Positions 1-11,300 of a DNA stretch of 64,000 nucleotides are shown here, piece by piece. A program made the translations under genes and the position numbers. Source of the stretch: Chiloscyllium plagiosum (lineage: Eukaryota). The DNA is taken from assembly GCF_004010195.1 (NCBI RefSeq), contig NC_057719.1, forward strand, positions 59,620,759-59,684,758, given 5' to 3'. The notes below the pieces were generated by a model. That model saw only the letters and a program-made list of their open reading frames with translations, was not told the DNA's origin and made no database searches. Every line of letters starts with the position of its first letter. Within the stretch, counting starts at the first letter, position 1.

Positions 1-970
1 ATGGAGAGGAATTTGTTAAGTGTCTACATGACAATTTTCTGTTTCAGTATGTGGATGTACCTACAAGAGAAGGTGCAAAACTTGACCTACTCTTGGGAAA
101 TAAGGCAGGGCAGGTGACTGAGGTGTCAGTGGGGGAGCACTTTGGGGCCAGTGATCATAATTCTATTAGATTTAAAATAATGATGGAAAAGGATAGATCA
201 GATCTAAAAGTTGAAGTTCTAAATTGGAGAAAGACCAAATTGGAGGTGTAGTTGTCAGCGAAGAGGGTTACCTCAGATTACAACAGAATCTGGACCAGAT
301 GGGCCAATGGGCTGAGAAGTGGCAAACTGAGTTTAATTCAGATAAATGCGAGGTGCTGCATTTTGAGAAAGCAAATCTTAGCTGGACTTATACACTTTAT
401 GGTAAGGTCCTAGGGAGTGTTGCTGAACAAAGAGACCTTGGAGTGCAGGTTCACAGCTCTTTGAAAGTGGAGTCGCAGGTAGATAGGATAGTGAAGATAG
501 GATAGTTTGGTATGCTTTCCTTTATTGTCAGAGTATTGAGTACAGGAGTTGGGAGGTCATGTTGCGGCTGTACAGGACATTGGTAAGGCCACTGTTGGAA
601 TATTGTGTGCAATTCTGGTCTCCTTCCTATCGGAAAGATGTTGTGAAACTTGAAAGGGTTCAGAAAAGATTTGCAATGATGTGGCTAGGGTTGGAGGATT
701 TGAGCTATAGGGAGAGGCTAAACAGGTTGGGGCTGTTTTCCCTGGAGTGTTGGAGGCTGGTATGTGTTTGGAATGAGCTGCCAGAGGATGTGGTGGAGGC
801 TGGTATAATTGCAACATTTAAGAGGCATTTGGATGGGTATATGAATAGGAAGGGTTTGGAGGGATATGGGCCAGGTACTGGCAGGTGGGACTAAATTGGG
901 TTGGGATATCTGGTTGGCATGGACGGTTTGGACTGAAGGGCCTGTTTCCATGCTGTACATCTCTATCTCC
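1..970 (+). mobile_element. CR1-clade LINE, internally deleted copy
   Basis: ORF2 fragments (VDVPTREGAKLDLLLGN, SDHN, WAEKWQ, LYRTLVRPLLEYCVQFWSP) and 3' tail ...ctgtacatctctat. Confidence 0.9.
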
Positions 971-1019
971 ATAAGTACAAGAAAGATGGATTGCACCTGA
1001 ATTGGAAGGGGACTAATAT

Positions 1020-3735
1020 AATGATAGGGAGTATAGCTGCTCATGAGGATTATAAATGCTACAGGAAGGACAGAAAGGGAGGCAAGAGAGGAGGGGGGAG
1101 TGGCGTTTTTGATAAGGGATAGCATTACTGCTGTATTGAGGGAAATGTTCCTGTGAATATATCCAGGGAAGTTATTTGAGTGGAACTGAGAAAAAGGGAT
1201 GATCACCTTATTGGGATTGTATTGTAGACCCCTTAACAGTCATCGGGAAATTGAGAACAAACTTGTAAGGAGATCTCAGCTATCTGTAAGAATAATAGGG
1301 TGGTTATGGTAGGGGATTTTAACTTTCCAAACATAGAATGGGACTGCCATAGTGCTAAGGGTTTAGATGGAGAGGAATTTGTTAAGTGTGTACAAGAAAA
1401 TTCTCTGATTCAGTATGTGGATATACCTACTAGAGAAGGTGCAAAACTTGACCTACTCTTGGGAAATAAGGCAGGGCAGATGACTGAGGTGTCAGTGGGG
1501 GAGCACATGGAGGCCAGTGACCATAATTCTATTCATTTTAAAATAGTGATGGAAAAGGATAGACCAGATCTAAAAGTTGAAGTTCTAAATTAGAGGAAGG
1601 ATAATTTTGAGAGTATTAGGCAAGAACTTTCAAAAACTGATTGGGGGCAGATGTTCACAAGTAAAGGGACGGCTGGAAAATGGGAAGCCTTCAGAAATGA
1701 GAAACAAGTGTTCAGAGACAGTATATTCCTGTTAGGGTGAAAGGAAAGGGATGACTAGAGAGGTTGAGGTTTTGGTTAAAAAAAGGAAGGAAGCACACGT
1801 CAAGTATAGACAGGAGAGTTTGAGTGAATCCTCAGAAGAATACAAAGGCAGTAGGAGTATACTTAAGAGGGAAATCAAGATGGCAAAAAGTGGACATGAG
1901 ATGGCTTTGAAAATAGGGTTAAGGAGAATCCAAAGCGTTTTTACAAATACATTAAGAACAAAAGGGTAACTTTGGAGAGAATAGGGCCCCTCACAGATAT
2001 GCAAGGCAGCCACAAGAGATGGGGGAGATACTCAACGAGTATTTTGCATGTGTTTATTGTGGAGAAGGACATGGAAGATATAGAATGTGGAGAAATAGAT
2101 TGTGACATCTCTAAAAATGTCCACATTACAGAGGAGGAAGTGCTGGATGTCTTGAAACACATAAAAGTGGATAAATTCCTGGGACCTGATCAGGTGTACC
2201 CTAGAACTTTGTGGGAAACTAGGTAAGTGAATATGGGGTCCCTTGCTGAGATATTTGTGTCATCGATAGTCACAGGTGAAGTGCTGGAAGACTGTAGGTT
2301 GGTTAATGTGGTGCCATTATTAAAGAAAGGTGGTAAGGAAAAGCCAGGAAACTATAAACCAGTGAGCCTGACCTTGGTGGTGGGCAAGTTGTTGTAGAGA
2401 ATCCTGAGGGATAGGATTTACATTATTTTGGAAAGCCAAGGACTGATTAGGGATTGTCGGCATGGCTTTGTGCATCGAAATTCATGTCTGACAAACTTGG
2501 TTGAGTTTTTTGAAGAAGTAACAAACAGGATTGATGAGGGCAGAGCGGTGGATGTGATTTACATGGACTTCAGTAAGGCGTTTGACAAGGTTCTCCATGG
2601 GAGACTGATTAGCAAGGTTAGATCTCATGGAATACAGGGAGAACTAGCCAGTTGGATACAAAACTGTCTCAAAGGTAGAAGACAGAAGGTGGTGGTGGAG
2701 GGTTGTTTCTCAGACTGGAGGCCTGTGACCAGTGGAGTGCCACAAGGATCGGTGCTGGGTCCACCACTTTTCTTAATTTAAATGATTTGGATGTGAACAT
2801 AGGAGGTACAGTTAGTACGTTTGTAGGTGACAACAAATTTGGAAGAAGTAGTGGATCGCGAAGAAGTTTACCTCAGAGTACAAGGGGATCTTGACCAGAT
2901 GGGCCAAAGGGCTGAGGACTGGCAGATGGAGTTTAATTTACATAAATGTGAGGTGCTGCATTTTGGAAGAGCAAATCTTCACAAGACTTATACACTTTAT
3001 GGTAAGGTCCTCAAGAATATTTCTGAACAAAGAGACCTTGGAGTGCAGGTTCATGGTTCCTTGGAAGTAAAGTCACAGGTAGATAGGATTGTGAAGAATG
3101 CATTTGGAATCCTTTCCTTTATTGGTCAGACCATTGAGTGTCAGAGTTGGGAGGTCATATTGCAGCTGTCCAGGACACTGGTTAGACAATTTTGGAATAT
3201 TGTGTACAATTCCTATCATAAGGATGTTGTGAAACTTGAAAGGGTTCAGGAAAGATTGACAAGGATGTTGCCATGGTTGGAGGATTTGAGCTATGGGGAG
3301 AGGCTGAATAGTCTGGGGCTGTTTTCCCTGGGGCATTGGAGGCTGAGGGGTGTCCTTTTAGAGGTTTATAAAATCATGTGGAGCATGGATAAGATAAATA
3401 GATACAATTTTTTCCCTGTTCAGAACTGCCCTGTGGGGAGTTCAGAACTAGAGTGCATAGATTTATGGTGAGAGGAGAAAGATATAAAAGGGACCTAAGG
3501 GGCAACATTTTCATGCAGAAGGTGGGTCATGTATGGAATGAGCAGCCAGAGGAAGTGGCGGAGCTGGTACAATTGCAGCATTTAAAAGGCATCTGGATGG
3601 TTATATGAATGGAAATGGTTTAGAGGTATGTGGGCCAAGTGCTGGCAAATGGTACTTGATTAAGTTAGGATATCTGGTCGGCATGGACGAGTCAGACCGA
3701 AAGGTCTGGTTCCGTGCTGTACGTCTCTATGACTT
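1020..3735 (+). mobile_element. CR1-clade LINE ORF2 (APE + RT), decayed
   Basis: [21 protein letters not shown] and [10 protein letters not shown] motifs with stops and frameshifts; ends ctctatgac. Confidence 0.93.
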
Positions 3736-4129
3736 TATCTGCTTGCATTTCCAGCTTCTATTCATTCCATAATATGAAAGGTCCCACAGGTTTCCTCACA
3801 ATATCCAGCATTCTGGATGAATGTGAAAGTTTGTTTTGGAGAGACTTCACTGAAACCTATGGAAATCTTAGGAGGTTTAACAGGGTAGATACAGAGAGGT
3901 AGTTTCCCCTTCTGGAGTATCTAGGACCAGAGGGTATAATCTGAACATAAGAGGTCATGTCAGTCAGCTACTCTCACCCATTGGGAACAGGCAGCATGAT
4001 GCCCAGATGAGAGCAGTTAAGTAGGTGATGCCTCTGATGTGGGACAATAGCTGATTGAGTGCCACACTCCTTGCACCAAATCATGACAGCACCTGACTGG
4101 ATTTCCTGCTCCCTGCACCCTGTGAACAC

Positions 4130-4560
4130 ATAACCACAGGATTGTTAGTGTGGAAGGAAGCCATCCAGCATATTGTGTCATCATTGGCTCTCAAGCTAAG
4201 TGTTTTGCCTTAGTGCTATTCTCCTGCCTTTTCCCCGCAACCCTGTATATTGATTCATTCAAATAATCACCTAATGCTCCCTTGAATGCCTCAATTGGAC
4301 TTGCCTCCACCATTCTTCTAGGCAGTGCATTCCAGAGTCAAACCAATTGTTAATTGAAAAGGTTTCTCGCACATCATGTTTACTTCTTTTGAAAACCATT
4401 TTAAATCTGTGCCCTCTCATTCTTAACCCTCAAACAGGCTGACAGAATTTCTTCCTATCTACCCTGCCCAACCCCCTCTGATTTTGTACATTGCTACCAA
4501 ATCTCCTCTTCTCCCCAAGGAGAAATTCCCAACTTCCCAACTTATTTTCATGGCTGAAAT
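4130..4560 (-). mobile_element. Old CR1-like 3' fragment
   Basis: Reverse-complement similarity to the CR1 3' ends elsewhere in the window. Confidence 0.55.
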
Positions 4561-4614
4561 TTCTCATCCCTCAACCATTCTCGTAAACCTCCTTTTCTAT
4601 TCACTGATAGGGCG

Positions 4615-4945
4615 TAGGCTTCAATGGCTATGCCTGCATTTATTGTCCAACTGCAGTTAAGAGTTAACCAGATTGCTATGTGGTCCTTCATCACATATAG
4701 GTCAGACCAGGTAAGGGTGACAGATTTCCTTCCCTTAAGAGCATTAGTGAGCAATATGGGTTTTTGCAGCAATCAGCAGTGGTTATTGGTCACCATTTGG
4801 CTAGTTCTTCTTCTACCAGACTCCTTTGGAATTCAAACTTCACCATGAGCTTTGTGGGATTCAAACCCATGTGCCCAAAACATAAACTATGGACTATGGT
4901 TCAGAAGTAGTCCAGTGACATTACCACAATGCATCCATGCTCTGC
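4615..4945 (-). mobile_element. Old SINE (tRNA head, L2-like tail); same family as 14570-14930
   Basis: cacatataggtcagaccaggtaagggtgacagattt is the reverse complement of aaatctgccatctttatctggtctggcctacatgtg at ~14786. Confidence 0.6.
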
Positions 4946-5204
4946 CATGCCACCAATACTTCCGTTCTTCACTTTCTGCAATGCATTCATCTCCTTTCTG
5001 AAGTATGCTACCCAGAACTGTACACAATAATTCAGCAGAAGTCTTACGGATGTCTTATGCAATTGCAGCATAACCTCTCTGCTCTCAACTACTTTATTAA
5101 TTCAGTATGCTTTATTAGCTGCTCTCACCACTGTTTCTCACATCTTTCATGATTTAAGTAGATATTGTATTAAGGTTCGGGCAGGGGTTGTTGCACCCTG
5201 GATA

Positions 5205-8200
5205 GTCTCCCACTGCCCCAGTGATGGGGGACAGTGTTACATTGGGCTGTCTCCCACTGCCCCATTGATGGGGGACAGTGGTACACTGGGTTGTCTCCCT
5301 CTGCCCACCAGTGATGGGGGACAGTGCTACACTGGGCTGTCTCCCACTGCCCCAGTGATGGGGGACAGTGGTACACTGGGCTGTCTCCTTCTGCCCACCA
5401 GTGATGGGGGACAGTGTTACATTGGGCTGTCTCCCACTGCCCCAGTGATGGGGGACAGTGGTATACTGAGCTGTCTCCCTCTGTCCACCAGTGGTGGGGG
5501 ACAGTGTTACATTGGGCTGTCTCCCACTGCCCCAGTGATGGGGGACAGTGGTACACTGGGCTGTCTCCTTCTGCCCACCAGTGATGGGGGACAGTGTTAC
5601 ATTGGGCTGTCTCCCACTGCCCCAGTGATGGGGGACAGTGGTACACTGGGCTGTCTCCCTCTGTCCACCAGTGGTGGGGACAATGGTACACTGGATGATA
5701 TCTATCTGCCCCAGGTGGGTGACAGAGGTACACTGGATGTTTTCTCTTTGCCCCAGGTGGGGGAGGGGGGCTAAGACAATGGTAAACTGGATGATCTCCC
5801 TCTGCATCCGGTGGGGTGACAGTGGTTTACAGGATGATCTCCCTCTGCCCCAGTGTGTAACAGTGATGATCTCCCTCTACCCCAAGTGGTGGGGACAGTG
5901 GTATACTGGGCAGTCTCCCTCTGCCCTCAATGGTGGGGATAGTGGTACAATGGGTGATCTGCCTCTTCCCCCAGTGGTGGGATAGTGGTACACTGGGTTA
6001 TCTCACTTTGCCCCCAGTAGTGGGGACAGTGGTACATTGGGCGATCTCACACTGCCCCCCAGTGATGGAGACAGTGGTACACTGGGTGATCTCCCTCTGC
6101 CCCCAGTGGTGGGGACAGTGGTACATTGGGTGATCTCCCTCTTCCCACCGGTGGTGGGACAGTGGTACACTGGGTGATCTCCCTTTGCCTCCAGTGGTGG
6201 GGACAGTGGTACACTGGGCGATCTCACTCTGCCCCTCCCAGTGGTGGGGATAGTGTTACACTGGGTGATCTCCCTCTACCCCCAGTGGTGAGAACAGTGG
6301 TACACTGGGTGATCTCATTCTGCCCCCAGTGGTGGGGACAGTGGTACACTGGGTGACCTCCCTCTGCCACCAGTGATGGGGACAGTGGTACACTGAGTGA
6401 TCACCATCTGCCCCCAGTGGTGGGGACAGTGGTACACTGGGCGACCTCCCTCTGTCCCCAGTTGTGGGGACAGTGGTACACTGGGTGATCACCATCTGCC
6501 CCCAGTGGTGGGGACAGTGGTAAACTGGGTGACCTCCCTCTGCCCTCATTGGTGGGGACAGTGGTACACTGGGTGATCACCATCTGCCCCCAGTGGTGGG
6601 GACAGTGGTACACTGGGTGACCTCCCTGTGCCCCCAATGGTGGGGAAAGTGGTACACTAGGTGACCTCCCTCTGCCCCCAGTGTGGGGACAGTGGTTTAC
6701 TGGGTGATCACCATCTGCCCCCAGTGGTGGGGACAATGGTACACTGGGTGACCTTCCTCTGCCCCCAGTGGTGGGGACAGTGGTACACTTGGTGACCTCC
6801 CTCTGCCCCCAGTGATGGGGGCAGTGGTACACTGGGTGATCACCATCTGCCCCCAGTGGTGGGGACAGTGGGTGACCTCCCTGTGCCCCCAATGGTGGGG
6901 ACAGTGGTACACTTGGTGACCTCCCTCTGCCCCCAGTGGTGGGGACAGTGGTACTCTCGGTGATCATCTGCCCCCAGTGGTGGGGACAGTGGTACACTGG
7001 GTGACCTCCCTCTGCCCCCAGTGGTGTGGCCAGTGGTACACTGGGTGACCTCCCTCTGCTCCCAGTGGTGGGGACAGTGGTACACTGGGTGATCTCCCTC
7101 TGCCCCCAGAGGTGGGGACAGTGGTACATTGGGTGATCTCCCTCTTCCCCCAGTGGTGGGACAGTGGTACACTGGGCAGTCTCCCTCTGCCCTCAATGGT
7201 GGGGATAGTGGTACAATGGGTGATCTGCCTCTTCCCCCAGTGGTGGGACAGTGGTACACTGGGTGATCTCACTTTGCCCCCAGTGGTGGGGACAGTGGTA
7301 CACTGGGTGATCTCCCTCTGCCCCCAGAGGTGGGGACAGTGGTACATTGGGTGATCTCCCTCTTCCCCCAGTGGTGGGACAGTGGTACACTGGGTGATCA
7401 CCCTTTTCCTCCAGTGGTGGGGACAGTGGTACACTGGGTGACCTCCATGTGCCCCCAGTGGTGGGGACAGTGGTACACTGGGTGATCACCATCTGCCCCC
7501 AGTGGTGGGGACAGTGGTACACTGGGTGACCTCCCTGTGCCCCCAGTGGTGTGGACAGTGGTACACTGGGTGACCTCCCTGTGCCCCAGTAGTGGGGACA
7601 GTGGTACATTGGGTGATCACCATTTGCCCCCAGTGGTGGGGACAGTGGTACACTGGGTGACCTCCCTGTGCCCCCAATGGTGGGGACAGTGGTACACTCG
7701 GTGACCTCCCTGTGCCCCCAGTGGTGGGGACAGTGGTACACTGGGTGATCACCATCTGCCCCCAATGGTGGTGACAGTGGTACACTGGGTGACCTCCCTG
7801 TGCCCCCAATGGTGGGGACAGTGGTACACTGGGTGACCTCCCCGTGCCCCCAATGGTGGGGACAGTGGTACACTGGGTGATCACCATCTGCCCCCAATGG
7901 TGGTGACAGTGGTACACTGGGTGACCTCCCTGTGCCCCCAATGGTGGGGACAGTGGTACACTGGGTGACCTCCCCGTGCCCCCAATGGTGGGGACAGTGG
8001 TACACTGGGTGACCTCCCCGTGCCCCCAGTGGTGGGGACAGTGGTACACTGGGTGATCACCATCTGCCCCCAGTGGTGGGGACAGTGGTACACTGGGTGA
8101 CCTCCCTGTGCCCCCAGTGGTGGGGATAGTGGTACACTGGGTGGTCACCATCTACCCCCAATGGTGGGGACAGTGGTACACTGGGTGACCTCCCTGTGCC

Positions 8201-8220
8201 CCCAATGGTGGGGACAGTGG
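5205..8220. repeat. GC-rich minisatellite, ~44-bp unit CTGCCCCCAGTGGTGGGGACAGTGGTACACTGGGTGAYCTCCCT, roughly 65-70 copies
   Basis: Direct tandem repetition; period 44 (CTGGGTGA at 7041 and 7085). Confidence 0.97.
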
Positions 8221-8298
8221 ATCCACCTCCCCGTTTATTGCGTCACGGAGTTCCCTGATTGTCACGTGAGCCCGGGTGCCTCTCTCGCTGCTGCAGCC
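8221..8298 (+). promoter_or_regulatory. Compact SNX6 proximal promoter / 5'UTR with a CRE-like site and an E-box/CLEAR-like site
   Basis: TGCGTCAC at 8239-8246 and GTCACGTGAG at 8261-8270; local CpG enrichment continues to ~8720. Confidence 0.55.
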
Positions 8299-8304
8299 AT
8301 GATG
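8299..8304 (+). CDS. SNX6: SNX6 coding exon 1 (Met-Met)
   Basis: Kozak-like GCAGCC ATG ATG followed by donor GTGGGT. Confidence 0.85.
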
Positions 8305-11300
8305 GTGGGTCTACTCGATTGGAGTTCATTCCTGGATTTTTCTTGTTTTTTTTTGTAACGGAGCACAATGTAAGGCGCGGATATTAATATTGCTGTTGTG
8401 CAGTGACAATGTTTCGTTCTGTTCAATCAGCAGGAAGGGTTGGACGACGGCCCCGACTTCCTGTCAGAGGAGGACCGAGGAGTAAGTTTTTGCTGTTCCC
8501 AGTTTCTGTGTCTCCAGTCTTGGGCCCTCAGTTGGGCCTTACCTGGGAAATCAGGGAAATTCAGTCACCTGAGGGCTTCAGCCCTTCCTTTTCGTGGATC
8601 GCTCACCATTTCATCCGCCAGCCTGTCCTGTTTTCGTAATTTATTGCACTTAAGACGCCTTTTATCAAATGTGTATCTGTAGCAGCTTTCGTATGTCCCC
8701 AAATTCTTTATTTTCTCACATCGACGTAGAGTCTTAAGTCTTAACATTAATTAACATTCCTATTTGCTATTACAGGTTTTGATTACCAGTTATTAAATCA
8801 GCTTTTAAGAAGTTTAGCTGCAACAGGATATTCATGTCATTTGTGTATGTTGGTTAAAGAAGCGCGTATGAATATTGCAGTTTAGGAAGGTTTTTCGACA
8901 ATTGTAACTTTCATTCCTCAGGCAGCTTATTTTTTTTCTCTGGGAATAGATAGGCAGAGATCAAGGGTCTCCAGTGGCTGTGATCTTTGCAGCTCCATTC
9001 CCACTTCAGTCCGAAATTCAGCTGTTTGAACTGTAAACAAACAGAATAAACTAGAAATCTGTTTGCTGTCCTGCCTTCATAAAAGATCTGGAGCATTGTG
9101 AAATCAGACTACTTTTTTTTAAAGCAAGTTATTGATACTGCCACAAATTATCTCCTAAGATTATAATGTTATTATTGTGTTCTCTTTCCCATGTCCTGCT
9201 TTATATCAGTGGGAACAGTTATCTTGATCATTTTGTGATATATTTTTGAGATTGCCCTCTTGCAAAAGTAGTGGCTAAATCAATTTGCCAAATTATGTAC
9301 AGGAATAGCATGCCTGGAAGCATGTTGCAAGGGTGTTGCATAGTGCTGAATGAAATTGTGAATTCACCCCTCCATAAGATGTGAATAGATAAATTGGATC
9401 AAAAGTATTTTGAATTTTTGTGTGAAAGTGCATAAGTTTTGTTAATGGTGATCTAATAATGCCGATGTTTTTGTCTAAAAGGATAGATTAATATACAAGT
9501 TTATTTGCATGTCAAGTAATACTCCAAGGTACTGATCGAGCACAATATTTAAAGCCAGTATTAAAATCACCTCCCTAAGTCATCAAAATACCTTTTCCAA
9601 CATACATCATTTGCAACTTAATAAATGATATTTAACTGAGAGGTGGTGTTTGTTAATAATTTGCATATTGGTTTCCTCAGTATAAATCTCTTGTCAGCCC
9701 TTAAGAAGAAGAAAATCCTCAGTGCTTTAAGTCCAGTGGTTTTGAAGTTAGAGGTGTTGATCAAATGTGATGAAGGACACAATTGTAGAAATTATTGGTC
9801 ACACTACTAGGTTATAAGTGGCTGTTTGTGTCAAGACCATGTACAATTTAATTTGCATGTGAAGAAAAAAATAGTTGACCAGGTTTATTTCCAATTCAAT
9901 CAACCTGACCTGGTGTTTCCTGATCGTTTTTCAGTTTAGCTCTGAACCACTTCAAAGTTGTTGAATAAACACCAAAGTTTATATTTTATCACACAATTTA
10001 CTGAATGTTGTTGAACTGGCTAAGGGGGAGGCTGAAGAGAATGAAACGTTACACAGTTAATTGCTACTTGGCATTACTGAAAATATTTTAACAGAACAAA
10101 CAGAATGCTTTGTTGTGAAATTAGTGTAGAGCGTAAGTTTGAAAACATGGTACAAAAGTTATTTTGTGTTCTGGTTAAATTTTAACTTATGTAGTACATT
10201 TGGTATCAGTTACTAAAGCTTAACCAGAAAACCAAGCTTGGAATCAATACAAAGAAGAACTGTAGGGCAGATTCCTGAAACCTGATTTATATTTCTGTGC
10301 AAATGGATGAGTTTTGAATAGGTTAAAATCAGGCCTGCAGCCAGTCTAAGCACAGCCCAATTTCACAAATAAGCAGTATTTGAGGAATAAATCGTGAGCG
10401 GAAAGGTTGGCTTTCCCATATTGACATAAGTTACCAAAGTAGATTAAAAGTTGTTAATTTAGGGCACTACTTTAAACTAAACTTTTAACTGTTGTGTAAA
10501 GAGAAATTGTTAGATACTGGTCAGGGAAAAGTTAAGGATTCAGGTGGCACTTCAGAGTGATTAATGCTTAGCTTAGTGAAAGTAAAAGCTGGAATCATTC
10601 AAAATGTAGTTTGTGTTGGAGGGATACTAAGTTTCTACAAGAATAAAATAACCTTCCTTATCTGTGCTTTATTTTTGTATGCCAAGGTCTTTCCCTGGAT
10701 TGGGGAAGTCCAAAACTAGAGGGCGTAGGTTTAAGGTGAGAGCGGAAATATTTAAAAGGGACCTGGGGGGCAACTTTTTCATGCAGAAGGTGGTGCATGT
10801 ATGGAATGAGCTGCAGAGGCTGGTACAATTACAACATTTAAAACACATCTGGATGGGTGTATGAGTAGGAAAGGTTTAGAGCGATATGGGCCAAACGCTG
10901 GCAAATGAGACTAGATTAATTTAGGATATCTGGTTTACATGATTAAGTTGGACCAATGGGTTTGTTTCCGTGCTGTTTGACATATGTGTCTGCTTTGGGC
11001 AGATTGATGAGGACAAAGCTAAAGTAAGTTTTTGTTTGGTTTGTCTCCTGGCCATAGCATACCAGCAGCCAACAGTCAGTAATGGTGCTACTGAACCATT
11101 CTTAGTGTTAGTCATTAAAGTTCCTCACCCAGAGTTAATTCTGTGCCCTAGCTGTGTTCGTCCCAATTGTTGCTCAACATAAAGGAGTGCTGATTTATCA
11201 AACATGTTGTGGGGGTGGTAGGGGTAAAAACGATGACTGCAGATGCCTTCCACATCCATCAAAGTTTTACTTGCACATCCACTAATATCATTTATTGTAT

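Noticed and set aside
5205..8220. CRISPR-like array or CTCF site array
   Set aside because: No unique spacers and the context is vertebrate; CCACTGGGGGCAG is one base short of the CTCF core spacing
5154..8358. Long Cys/His/Pro-rich ORFs (YHCPHHWG repeats)
   Set aside because: Translation of the 44-bp minisatellite in multiple frames; no splice or codon evidence
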